A stretch of DNA of 58,440 nucleotides, filler included, from Sphacelaria rigidula (Eukaryota): the NCBI GenBank assembly GCA_964200075.2. It is 9 parts of 9 records of this genome, joined end to end, with 100 filler letters (N's around TTAATTAATTAA, not from the genome) between each part and the next. Parts side by side here need not be neighbours in the genome. Positions count along the whole stretch, not along the records: positions 32,525 to 38,928 come from CAXNAA020020276.1; positions 39,029 to 45,432 come from CAXNAA020020277.1; positions 45,533 to 51,936 come from CAXNAA020020278.1; 6 more parts are not named here. The stretch is one strand, 5' to 3'. Shown piece after piece: positions 38,122 through 50,445 of the stretch; position 1 is the first letter of the stretch, and each line of letters starts with the position of its first letter. The translations under genes were made by a program, and so were the position numbers. Under the pieces are notes generated by a model. That model saw only the letters and a list, made by a program, of their open reading frames with translations, was not told the origin of the DNA and did no database searches.

Positions 38122-38928
38122 TGATTTGTTCCTCGCCTTAAACGTTTGGCCATTGATCATGCATCCCTTTCGAGACGGAGCACCGTTCCTACTCCTAATA
38201 GAGCCGTCTTCAACATTCCGGCGCTCATTACATTTCTTCCATACATTGCACAAAAACCTTCAACGTATCTTACCCCATTCCTGTTTCGCCGTCTGTGGCC
38301 ACCATTTATCTCCTAGTATGACCATCGTTCTCTCGCTTCTGTTCAATGCATCAAACGATTGCATCCCGCCTTCGCTCACGTCCCGCATTTCCCCCTCTAG
38401 CACGTGCCGTTCCTCCTTGTATAGTTCATACTCTGCCACTTTATGACTTCTTCTCTCTATTTTGCCACAGGTGCAGTTCTGCGCATCTACTTCCTCCTCC
38501 ACACGACTACTGGTATACTTCGTATCTCTTTCTTCTTTCTGGCAGGTCCAGGTCCCCCACCCCAAATCGCAGTTTCAAAAATTTTGCCGAGTCCATGGGG
38601 TCATGCAAATATGTTTTCATCCTGATCTCCTCTCCCAACCCCCCATATATCCATAGGTGTCCTTCCTCGTCCACTTTGCGTCTGAGCGCTCTTTTTCCCC
38701 TTTTTCCTGACATATCTCTTACTTTTGTCTTGTACCCCGCGCCTTCATCTATGGACAGTATTTCGTCGTGGTTTCATCCTATCTCCTCCCATACTTTCTC
38801 GACTTCTTTATCCCACCTTATTCCAGCCTTCCCTTTCGTCTTTTCTTCCATACAGCCTTATCAACTATAGCTGGCAATCTCTTCCTCTGCATGTTCTTTA
38901 CGCTATATTGCCATCGTAATTTCCTCAT
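38122..38928 (-). mobile_element. Non-LTR retrotransposon (LINE) 3' end, decayed ORF2 C-terminus
   Basis: KLRWQY...RLPAIV...GIRWDK...LKLRFGVGDLDLPERRKRY...CTCG...SHKVAE(Y)ELY (degenerate Cys/His knuckle)...GAPSRKGC. Its terminal nucleotides recur as truncated copies elsewhere in the window. Confidence 0.75.
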
Positions 38929-41002
38929 NNNNNNNNNNNNNNNNNNNNNNNNNNNNNNNNNNNNNNNNNNNNTTAATTAATTAANNNNNNNNNNNNNNNN
39001 NNNNNNNNNNNNNNNNNNNNNNNNNNNNTTAGTCATTTGACCATTGACCACGCATCCTTTTCGAGACGGAGACGCGGGGGGGGGGATAAGGAGGAAACAA
39101 ACGCACGTGTGAAATTGAAAGAGGGGGGGAAGTATACTGTAGCAAATTGGGAGGTATACGCTACGCTACGTGCGTAAAACAAGTAGCACCGACATGAGCA
39201 CTATCGACACTATGATAATGAACATGAGCATCAACAACGACCACTACAACGACAAAAATGCCTTATCGCAGGAGAACGCACACGCCCAAAAACACTCGTT
39301 GTATGAGACGCGTCTAGGAGAGTAGGGTCAATCTCACCACCCGAGATCGGACGCTCACGGCACGGTAAACTACAGGAACCAACTGTTTCGTCACGACGCA
39401 TCTCGTCGACTCGCAATAAATAAAAGATGCGTCATACTCCAACACACGCCAACCGACAGCCGAATTGATGTTCATGTACCTGGCGACACATTTTACGGAG
39501 CAGCATCGTCACACAGCAAATCGCCCAACTACCATAAACAATGTTTTCGTGAGATTGAAAATGAGAAGTGGTCAAAGAATTTATTAAATAGTTAGTGTTC
39601 CGAAGTGTCCCTCCGGGCCTTATACTAGGCCCAACGTGCTTTCTGTGGTAGCTTGAAACTGAATCCTCTGACATCCCCAAGTAGGACATCGACGTGTAGT
39701 TGTAGGCACACGGCATTGTTACAGGAAAAGGAAAGCACACGTGAATAAAAAATTGTCCAGTTAGAGCGAGTATTCAAAACCTCTCAATCAATGGTGGGCT
39801 CTCAATCTCGCGAAAACGTCGTACATACAGTTGTACATGCCCTCGCCATGGGTCATCTTCCAACGGTGACCGGATGCAGGAACTACAGCCCCGCCACGAA
39901 AAAGTGCATATTAGACTCCTGATGATTTCGATGTTTCATGGTTGCGGATGTCCTTGGGTTTTTTTTTTTGCCAACCACCACAAGTACTACTTACTGCCCA
40001 CGGTACAGAGAAGGTAAGGAGCAAAATAGACGGTATGTGTATATACCAAGAAACAGACTCTAACCTGGGCTAGCAGAGGGCGAAGTTTCAGAATAGCGAG
40101 GCCGATTAGCGTGTGGATCGCGATACCGCTAACCCTGCACAAAACAAGAACAAAGAACGCAAAAAAGGAAAAAGCAAACACAAAAACACGAAGCACAAAG
40201 AGTACAAAAAACGTGCAGAGGAGAACGACGAGCAGGAGACGGCACACGACGAGAAGAAGCCGAAATGAGACAGGAAAAGGAAAAAAATGTAACAACAGTT
40301 GAAAGCGAGCGCAACATTTGCAAGTTGAGACACCCTACTCGCTCTAGTATAGTATACTAGTACACTACAGTAGTCCTTGCCTCAAACGCGCAAAAAACAA
40401 AACACTCGTCCTAAATTTCGAAACAACTTCTTGAACTCACGAACATATTGTTGTCGCACCAACCTGCACTTCATTCCCTCTTCAGGGTCAGGTGGAGAAC
40501 GAAACAGTGATGACACACATAGGTTGATGTAGAGGTAATTCTTCAAGACAATACTCACCGTTCAACTCTGCGATCGCTGCGAGTGGCTACATATGTTGGA
40601 TTGGCACGACTTTTCCTTAGAAAAAAAAGGATTGAGGAACTCAGAAAACCCATCACCCTGAGGTTCGAAGGGGGATAAAACACAAGTAGGCGAGATTTAC
40701 GCGAACTCAAAGACAAAATGTTAATATACAATCGAACCCATATTATTCTCGCCAAACCATAACCCCAACTCTAACCAACCCCGACACCACGTCAACCTAG
40801 TATCCTGAGGCAGGAGGGATACGTGTATACAATGTGCCCTAGGTAAAAGTATGTGTTGTTATGGCTCGAATCGGCGCCTCCCTTGAAGGCGCCGATCTCC
40901 GATCGGAGCCAAAGAGCGTGCTGCGAACGGCGGACAAGGCACTAGGACTGCGAGCCCTCTAAAACTTCGGATATGACCATCCAGTCGACACACGACACAC
41001 AC

Positions 41003-41179
41003 CTCTGCTCCTCGATGCCGGTGATGCGCTCCTTCCCTCCACCGAGCTGCTCGTAGTTCGTCAGGCTCTTCACGTGCGCCAGGGAGCGGACAGTGGCGGC
41101 CACCAGCCACGGTAGGCCGAACATGCTGCAACCCCCCGTGAGGATAGCCAACAGTCCCATGTCGAGGTTCATGCCGAAC
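41003..41179 (-). CDS. SLC4: SLC4-family anion/bicarbonate transporter, internal exon (177 nt)
   Basis: FGMNLDM...FGLPWLVAATVRSLAHVKSL...IEEQR; CAG| acceptor and |GT donor; phase matches the previous exon. Confidence 0.93.
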
Positions 41180-41188
41180 CTGACATGA

Positions 41189-41191
<3 letters not shown>

Positions 41192-41222
<31 letters not shown>
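41192..41222. repeat. (GT)n microsatellite in the SLC4 intron beside the acceptor
   Basis: Directly visible. Confidence 0.95.
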
Positions 41223-41223
<1 letters not shown>

Positions 41224-41759
41224 ACGTTTAGACCGGGAATAAATCGCGCGCACGGATGGGAGAGAGGGAGAGGATTCCTAAACTAACCAAAATTTGACTT
41301 CCGGCTCGTGACAGGACGAGAACAAAAAATACTTCAAGCAGGGGAAGGGAGGGAGGGGAGGGCAGTTGATCGCCGTATCAACGCAAAACAAGATGGACCA
41401 CCGCTCGCCCCGATTCGTGTACCACAGCGAACACGGATGCCTGTGGACCGGGAACTTTTGATAAGCTCGACATGCTTGGTGGGGGTAACTGCATTACTGC
41501 AGACCCACGCGGCCTGAATATCCACATGAGCATCAAGAGAAAGAGAACGCTACCAAGTACGACCAGGCACGACTAACGACCAACAAAACAAAGCGGATTT
41601 TCATACACACCAACAAAGCACACAACACGTGAACAGACAGAAGATATCATTAAGATGCAGCAACCAAAACCGAACCGAACCAAATAAAATCAACAAGCAT
41701 AAGCGATACATGCACCAAAATACACATACACACATACGTCTCACTTCCGCCTCCCTTAC

Positions 41760-41966
41760 CCCTTCTTAAGCTTGTGCTGCTTGGAGTTCACCAGGCGCAC
41801 GGTGATGTTCTGGTCCATGAAGAGCAGCACTGTGCTCATCAGGGCCGGGAAAAACGCGGCCCAACGTGCCCACACCGGCAGAGTCATAAGAGGCACCAGC
41901 CACGGACGACCGATGGTAGTGGTCAGCTCGGTCGGCACCCGGAGGGTGGGCAGAAGCAGAGCGTAC
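41760..41966 (-). CDS. SLC4: SLC4-family transporter, internal exon (207 nt)
   Basis: GRPWLVP...PALMSTVLLFMDQNITVRLVNSKQHKLKKG; CAG|G and |GTAAG splice sites. Confidence 0.93.
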
Positions 41967-42009
41967 CTGTACAGCACAGAGCAAGGGTGAGTAGGGTAGA
42001 GATCTAAAC

Positions 42010-42147
42010 CACACCCTGGATAATAGACTCTATTGTGAAGAAATGTACTGCGTGCAGTATGGAATCTGTTGTCCATTGCAATAGGCGCAATAGTCTATAC
42101 TGTACGCAGTACACTTCCTGACTGTGTATTTTTTTGTCCAGGGTGTG
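42010..42147. mobile_element. hAT-type MITE (138 bp) with perfect 8-bp target duplication
   Basis: ATCTAAAC-CACACCCTGGA...TCCAGGGTGTG-ATCTAAAC. Other copies lie at 42495-42632, 27579-27714, 9761-9857 (partial) and 35772-36160 (split). Confidence 0.9.
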
Positions 42148-42943
42148 ATCTAAACCCGTGGGGCACACATCATCGTAAAAGCCGTAAATGTGTGTAGCCT
42201 ACATCAACCCCGCCTCGACGAGATGACGATACGGATCCTGAACCGTTTTATTACGCTCGTATCCTAGCAACCTGCGTATAACCATGCGACGGTATCGTAC
42301 CCGAGCCACCCCGGACTACCCGGGTACTTTCAGGACCGAGCACCCCGCAGTACAGCGTCCAAGGTATCGATTGCGGGGAATTACGCATTTTTTACTCGTT
42401 ATTATTTTCGTTTCTCACGAGCTGGGTCCCCTCTCCCCCATCCGCGGCAAACGGCGGACGTGTGTGTACTCATCATCCTCCAGCGCAAAAACTCCACACC
42501 ATGGACAACAGATAACACTGTCAAAAAGTGTACTACGCACAGTATGGAGCATAAGTCTACTGCAATAGGCGCAATACTCGGCCCCTGTACGCAGTGCATT
42601 TTTTGGCAATGTAATTCGATGTCCAGGGTATGATGAATTCGTCAACAACTGATTTTTAATTGATATTTTTTTTACCGTCGCCTTTTAATCCGTTGGGAAC
42701 TAGACCCCCCGGAAAGGCTGATTTTTGTTCTTGTGAATCGGCATAATTTTCAGTCATATTCAGGCCAAAAGGATGCCGATTCACGAAGAATAACAAAACC
42801 AAAATCAGCACTTTAGTCTCCAAAGGGTTAACTGGCCCCCCAGGGATCCAGATGCGGTCACATGATAGACGTGCCCTAAACAGAACCAAACTAAAACGCT
42901 CGCTGAAGACACGAACAGCAAAAAGCAACAACAGCCAGCTCAC

Positions 42944-43045
42944 CGCCTCTTGGCCCAGATGGCGGCAAAGGTTCCCGTGGCAACGCCGATGGTGGGCCCG
43001 AAGTCGGCCACGATCTCTCGAACCGGCTTGTTAAAGAACACCGTG
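42944..43045 (-). CDS. SLC4: SLC4-family transporter, internal exon (102 nt), absent from the ORF track
   Basis: TVFFNKPVREIVADFGPTIGVATGTFAAIWAKR matches the SLC4 RxxIxDFG motif. CAG| and |GTGAG sites keep phase with the next exon. Confidence 0.88.
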
Positions 43046-45799
43046 CTGGTATATTTTCACAAACGAGAAACGATAGAGGAGGAAGGGAGAACACGCACCA
43101 AGGATATTTTCGTATCAAACACAACGGCACAGTCAGTGAGTGGACCACGTACCCGTTTTTACACGATTAACCCTTTCGGAACCCATTGACGATTTTCGTT
43201 TTTGTGAATCGGCATCGTTTCCGGTCATTTTCAAGTCAAAATGATGCCGATCGACAGAAACAAAAATCGTCCATGGGCTCTCAAAGAGATAATAGATGAC
43301 GCACGTGATTGATTGATTAATCGATTTGACTTGATTGATTGTCGCACATGAACTGACCACCCGTGGATCCAGCCGTGGATGCACGATAAGACGTACGCAA
43401 GAAAACCAAAACTGAAACACTCGTTCAAGAAAAAACGAAGGGGCAGGAAAAAATCGAACAGAACGACACAGTAGACCAAGACGTGAAAAAAATAATGATA
43501 TAAGAAAGAAAAAAACTGAACAAAAGCAAAGTACAGAAAGATATGGCCGACCAAAAAAAAAGATGGAACAAAATAATCGAAAACGGAAACAGCCCCAAGG
43601 GATTCATTCAGGGCAGCAGAGTAGATGCACACACACACACCAGTGGGCACCGCAGAGCCACCGACTAAGGACATCATCAATGACCGATATGAGCAGAGTC
43701 GTGATAATAAACCAACCGTTTTGCACTGATCTTCCGTAACAAGGGGTTCACCATATATAAGTGAAGTAGTGATAATAAACAAGTCTGGGATCGCCCTGCC
43801 CAATCGCGGCGAGGCGAAATTTATCGACCACATGCGAACGACCAATGGGGGAGGGCGTTTGCCGGGAGTGATGTCACTGCCAAGCTTGTGTGTACTCTGT
43901 CCCTGGCCCACAAAAAAACCTTCGAAGCAAGAGAAAGCCGCGATGGTTGGGGCTCGCTTTCCGGATTTTTCCTGATTTACTTGCATTATATATAGGTCCG
44001 ATGCCCACTCCCCCGATTGTTTTGGGCCATCATCCGATAGTAAAACGTAGTTATGACACTAAAACGGGGTGCTCGGGGAAAATACGGGAATAGCGCGCCG
44101 TACTATATACAGTTTGTGGTCATGTTTACCAGGCGACTGAATCTAGCAACGCAGTGGCACGAGAGACGGAGCCAGAGGCATGAGTTCTGCGTATCCCTGT
44201 ACTGAGGCGGCACAGCATGCAGTGAGGTCGTATGTAGTCGACGGGAACGAACAACCTGTGAATAGGCAGCTGACCTCCGTCGCGGAGAACTGCCCAGAAC
44301 GTTCAAGGGAGTATGCAGCGGCAGCTGCTGCTGCAGTCGGAAAGGCGTACTGTACTGTATGTGCGCAGCAATGCCCACGCCCTTCGAAGAGAGTTTGCCG
44401 CTTGCAACAAAAGAGGGAAATCGTGGCCCACCCCGATCACCAAGGGTTTTTTGTGGCAAGGTGATGGGGACAATAATATCATCCAAAGCCGCAAGTGCGG
44501 GCCGGTCGCCACATCCTGTTGAAAGCTCTTTACGGCGACTCATACTGCTGGACACATCTGTACATGACCTGATGCGCACAACACCCGAATTACAAGTTTG
44601 TACCCGCACCTGAAAATAGATCGAATGAAGCTTTCGGTCTACCTCCTAACCCCTCGGTTACATACGTGGATTTTTAGCAACATGAAGCCACTGTTGTTTC
44701 GTGCAGACGCTTGACACGTCATTCCTCACCAGCCTGATTGGCCGTTCTGGAGGCCCAGTCTCAAAAGGGAAAATTTCCGCATATAACTCTTCTGTCCCAC
44801 GAGTTACTCGTGGCTTCGTTACATTTAACAATGGCCCTTAACCGTAGCCAAGTACGATGTAGAAACCGACAATGTTTTCGAAATCGGCGTTTTTCAAGTC
44901 GAAAATATCCTTCATTTTGGGAGTTCGCGCGGGCTCAAACAAAGCCATCGGCCATAAACTGCCTGTATGCAGTATTCCAACATGTTCTCGTTGGTATTGT
45001 ACCGCATCACTCACGGGGGGGAAACATCGTACCACAATACTGATAAAAGTCACACAGGTTTATGGACTCCACATAGGGGTAGGGCTCCACTGTACCCTTT
45101 GACCGCAAGAGTGGGCGCTTTGGGTAGCAGATTTACTTCCAAAGTGAAAAGGATGCTGATTCAACATAATATGACTTACATTGGCGGCCACAACTTTAAT
45201 ATATCCGCTACACTTACAATAAGTAATTGCTCTATAACGAGGTGGTGGGGAGTACCACGATTGTGCGGTCATGTCGGGTTGGCGACCCACCGCACTACAT
45301 CGGACTATATCACGTTATATACGGCCCCTCTGGTTGATGACTTCTCTGGCCCCCCTCTCGAAACCTTAGCCTGGTCCGGCGAGAACCCGGCGTGCTCCGT
45401 CCCGGCTTTGTAGGGGCGGACCCCCGATGGGGNNNNNNNNNNNNNNNNNNNNNNNNNNNNNNNNNNNNNNNNNNNNTTAATTAATTAANNNNNNNNNNNN
45501 NNNNNNNNNNNNNNNNNNNNNNNNNNNNNNNNAGTAAGTCATATTTGCATGAGCTAGCAAAACCTCGTAACCTGTATGACCGAAATCCTGTGGTCGTTTC
45601 GCTCTAGTACTCGACTTGTACAGTAGAGACATGCATGTGGACAACCACTATGGCCAACACTATCCGTTTGTATCATGGTGCTTCCAACCGGGACTATTGT
45701 GTCAACTGTTGTCATCTGCGACATATTGATCACTCCTCTTGCGATTTCTGAAATGCTCTGTTTCAACGAAGCATCAGCCACCATAATGCTTCGGTCCCC

Positions 45800-48020
45800 A
45801 TATATGAAAAATCTTTGTTTACCTCAAACGATAACCCCGCATGTAATGACGAATAAACAAACTGTGCCTTATATGACTATTTGACAGTATAAAGCGTATT
45901 TGAAGTACAATTCCCCGCTCTGCAACATGTTTGACATCGTCTCCCAACGCGTCTGACAAATACTCGTGGACACATAAAAGATTTTTGTGCGCATGTGACC
46001 CATATCTTTCGGCTGACGACGTCCCCCAACAGTTTGAAATGATGTTTCCACACGAAGGCAAGACACCCGTTCTGCTCTACTACGCTACAGTGGTGAATAG
46101 TAGCTATGGCTGTGATGCGAGTTAGCTCATCATGCAATGCCTGCAGACCGTGCTTTGAAAGGGAACCTCAACCTAGTCTGCTGACCTGACGGACATCGCA
46201 TGTTATGTACACCCAATATATACTGTATAAATTTCAGGGTACAATGCGGGTATTTGAATCCTATTTCGCCGCCCCTCGGGAAATAACCTTGAGGCGAGTT
46301 TGAATTCATGCGTTTTTGAGATTTGAAGATGGTGATGAATCAACAGCCAACCTCACTCTTTGTCATAACAATCTATAACCTGTGGAGGGAAAGGAAATGA
46401 TATATCATGCCGATAACATCGCGCTACCTGCTTGGATTGATTTCACGGCTTATTGGATACCGTGTGGATAAGGCTTGCTACATGCTGCATCTGGGTAAGA
46501 GCCAATAGTGCGATGGACCGTAAATGCTGTCAAACGCTGGACTGTTTGTTCATGTAGCCCGATGTATATATATATATATATATATGCCGAAATGAGGTCG
46601 AGCTCATTGCTGTTCGCGGGAGTCAAGCTACCGCATCCATGCAGCGCTTATCCTCGCCCACGTAAAATCGCGTTTTACGGCAGCTATGCACGACTACGAT
46701 GTGTGTGTAGCAAGCGCACACATGTATACCTCTATCATGATCCAGGGATACTATTGCAATGCTGCCCGCTTGATTTGGAGCTTGCTGTGCACTGTTGAAA
46801 AATCGGAGGTACCTTCTGCCTTGAATGTTTAAATCAAACTTTTGATGTACTCCTAATTACTGTCTGTTGCAGTTGAACTGGGAGTCTAAAAGCAGGTAAT
46901 TTGCTGTGTGCACCCCATCACCTGAAATAGCGTTATCACAACGTTTGCGCAATGCATAAACCAAGCTGATACCCATCTCTCTGCAACCTGCATGATATCA
47001 TCAATCATTCTCCAGCTAATCAACTGATACTGGAATGCATGAGACCATGAATCGACTGGGTATGATGCTCGGGTTGCAGCGGTGGTATCTAAAGTGCAAT
47101 CCCCCGTCCCAAGCACTGTAATCGGTCTGCTGCTATCCAAAGTTGCTTGTGCCTTGACGTTGTAACCGAGAGACACACCGCCACAGCCGATTGATTCATG
47201 ATTCACCCTGCACATAAGTTGTACTACCATACTTTTGCATACCGACGCGATACCCCATTTTCCTGTAATTTGATGTGGCGTGCTCTTTTTATATGAATGC
47301 TACCAGTTATCCCTCACCATCATCCTGCATCGATCGCGCCTTACTGTTGGATGGTATGTTACCTTTTGTCGCTCAAAAACTGACGGACTTCTGGCAAGTT
47401 TTCCCCCCATACACATTGCCATATAAATGCGGAGTATTTTTAGATTTTTTGTGTATTTCGTGCTAGCTGCCCTGCACACGCCTGTACGCGAACTGATATG
47501 TGGGATGTGTGACACCGAGTTGACACTTGATGAAAAGCGACTGTACTGTGTTGTAATGTACTGTACTGTACTAATGCTGGATTTCGCTTTGCACAAACGT
47601 TTGCACCGATGCTTGCGTACTTCCGTCGGTCGTCCTGCATTTGCTTGACCTCAACGTGATATTTTAGCGGCATACACCAAACATGTTGTCATGTTACTAG
47701 CTGGATACTGTTACTCGATAAAGGGCAAATCTTGTCGTGTAGACCTGAATGAGTAGGGTCACGGTGGATGCTAAGATTGTATGACTCTCTGTACTGCTTT
47801 ACTAAATCTTTTCATGCAACAGCTGCTGTGTGCTTTTTGCTGTGTGATGCAGCTGAAAGGAGCAACACAACACGATTTTGCAGTTTGATACAGCTGAAAT
47901 GAAACCACGCTATCCTGCTCCACATATAATCAAACTCGACAAGACCCGCTGGATGAAAACAAAATCGTTTGTGCCTCCGAACATTGCGTTGAATGTCACC
48001 CTTCGGTTTTACCACATGCT
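45800..48020 (-). pseudogene. Decayed Mutator-like (MULE/FAR1-type) transposase, probably intron-containing
   Basis: Motifs in the expected order: DSVVSFQLYQTAKSCCVAPF (~47855-47915; cf. DVVSFDTTYxTNKYxxPFAPF), VQACAGQLARN (~47455-47487; cf. CxxHLxxN), KYGSTTYVQGES (~47200-47235; cf. TTNxxES), and a frameshifted GRRC/KHVA SWIM-like piece (~45920-45950). Confidence 0.5.
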
Positions 48021-48454
48021 CCCGTTTTATTTATTGTGATACTGTTACAATATGGCTGTACAAGATGACGGTACTGACTGTTTACAGTCTGCACCATCTC
48101 CTCGATGAAATCGTTGACTTTGTACTCAGTCTAACAGTGCATAAGTAATATGCTTTTACTCTGAGATCAAAGTTGTTCCGAATCACCATCGAATATCAAA
48201 TGTCGGACTATTCATGCGGAAGAACCTTTGCCGTGTACTGTACTGTTTATTCGAGTCTATATACTGTGGGGACACATGAGGTAGTGATGGCAGTGTTGCC
48301 TGAGTGAAACTACTGAACGCGATATCAACCAGCAGATGGGAGTTCACAAACTGCCTGTAGAAGAGATACACAGGGCTATCGATATGTTGTCGGCTACAAC
48401 TAGTAACGAGTACAGCATATACTTCTAGGAACGCGAACCACTTGCTAGAGTATC

Positions 48455-49372
48455 TCATGCATGACCACGTATGCAACGGTGAAAGAATGTCGTTTTACTC
48501 TTTGCTTTGCAAATGCACGAAACTGCTTGTGTGACCGTAATACCATACTGGCAGTGCATACATGCTACAAGACACGATACCATGTGAGCCGCTTCGTCGT
48601 GAACGGAAATTGCGAAGCTTGAATCAACATGAGGTATTTACCCTACCCCGGTCAGGGGGGGAGCAGATCATTGATGCGTTAAATGTGTGTTATTGTCATG
48701 GAAATTGAACGTCACTTCAACGTGGTTCCCCCTGATTGATAGTTTGCCCTTGGTGGGTAGCTCCAAAGGGTATGGGCGAGTCATACATGCTTAAGAACTT
48801 CGGGGCTATGTTATGTCTGCTCCGGTTTTGAAGAAATCAGACCCAATCATGTGCTTTGACTTTACTTCACGGCTTTCAATACATGGGTGATCGTTTCCGT
48901 GTGCACCTAATAACCGCACCTCGTACATGACCGTGTATGCAACTGATAGAGAATGACATTTTTACGCTAAACGCTGCCGTCCGCTAATGCACGGAAATCT
49001 GTTTGTCTGACCGTATTGCCATACTGTGTGCATACATGCCACCAGGCACGGTACCGATTAGCCGTACATAAATTGCGAGGTTTGAATGAACGAAACATGA
49101 GGTTTTCACCCTACCCCCTGGTCAGGGAGGGCAAATCATTAATGCTCGAAATGCTATTTGTCATGGAAAATGGATAAAGTCTCTACGGGGTCCCCCTGTT
49201 TGATCGTTTGCGCCCTTGGTAGATAGCTTCAAAGAGTATAAACGAGCCATGCATGCGTAAAACGAATGGAGAGTTATATGAAGTTGTTTCGATTCTAAGA
49301 GATCAACCCCAACCATGTACTTCTAGCTTACATTTCGACTGCGAATACGTGGGTGGGTGTTTCCAGGTGCAC
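48455..49372. repeat. Diverged tandem duplication of a ~460-bp unit
   Basis: 48455-48906 aligns by eye with 48922-49372 (CATGACC..GTATGCAAC, AACATGAGGT.TT.ACCCTACCCC, TGTCATGGAAA, GTTTCC..GTGCAC). Confidence 0.85.
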
Positions 49373-49615
49373 TGTTGAACATACCATTATTTATTGTTTG
49401 ATTAATATTACCCGCAGCGGTGGGTCACAGGACTGCATGAAGCGTGCAACAGTGCTCCTCAACAATTATTGTTGGTGCCCGCCTGCCGATTTCTATGCAG
49501 CTACTCATGAGTGTGACAATCAACCCAGATCCACAACGATTGAGCGGCTATGAGTGAAGCTGCATGCTAATGTGTTTGCATGAGGCCACCAGGCGGATGC
49601 TCCGTCAGTTCCCGT

Positions 49616-49775
49616 TGACCGTCTATACTCGTGCACACTCCGACAATCAATTCGAAGATGACCGTCTACTTGTGCACGCTCTGACAATCCATTCAAAGAT
49701 GACGGTCTACATGCGCGTGCTCTGACAATCAAATCGAAGATGACCGTCTACCTGTCTGCGCGCTATGACCGTCCC
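49616..49775. repeat. ~41-bp tandem repeat, about 3.5 copies
   Basis: GACCGTCTAC...CTCTGACAATC..TTCGAAGAT repeated. Confidence 0.85.
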
Positions 49776-50087
49776 GGGGGCAAGGCTACATTCTTCTGGT
49801 CTTGGGAGTCCATGGGTTCCACACATTCCTTTGCAGAGATTTACAGCGGAAATAATCTGATGAAAGTTGTTGGCTTGTAATGAACGACTCGTGTGTTTAT
49901 CGTGGCGACTATGCAAGTTGCGAACATACAAGTCGGACATCGAATGGATGAACGAGAAAGTTGTATGAATCAAATATAGATAGATAGATAGATATATGCT
50001 TGCACCATACAGCGAACACGCAGGATTTGATTGCATACAGGAAAATGGGCGAGGACGAAGGCGCAAGATGTCAAGACCATGTGTTTT

Positions 50088-50445
50088 CGAACAGGTTAAC
50101 AGGGAGCCAGGAGTTTCCCTTGTTCGTGCGAACAGGTTGACAGATCCAGGATTTCCCATGTGCTTTCGAACAGGTTGACAGGGAGCCAGGATTCCCTATA
50201 TGTTTTCGAACAGGTTGACAGGGGGGCAGGAGTTTCCCTTGCGCGTGCGAACAGGTTGACAGGCATCCAGGAATTCCTATGCTGTCCGAACAGGTTGACA
50301 GGGGGCCAGGATTTTCCCCCGTGTGCCCGAACAGGTTGACAGGCATCCAGGAATTCCCATGCTGTCCGAACAGGTTGATAGGGGGTCAGGATTTTCCCCC
50401 GTGTGCCCGAACAGGTTGATATGGAGTCAGAATTCCCTTGGGAGT
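50088..50445. repeat. Tandem array of 9 units (38-41 bp) with conserved CGAACAGGTTGAC core
   Basis: Cores at 50088, 50129, 50167, 50207, 50248, 50287, 50328, 50367, 50408. Confidence 0.95.

Noticed and set aside
43231..43986. 251-aa hydrophobic ORF as part of SLC4
   Set aside because: The Phe-rich part is the T-rich retroposon 3' UTR; it has no SLC4 motifs.
50088..50445. CRISPR array or repeat-protein ORFs
   Set aside because: The repeat is only 13 nt and the linkers are homologous. Unit lengths are mostly not multiples of three, so the ORFs are by-products.
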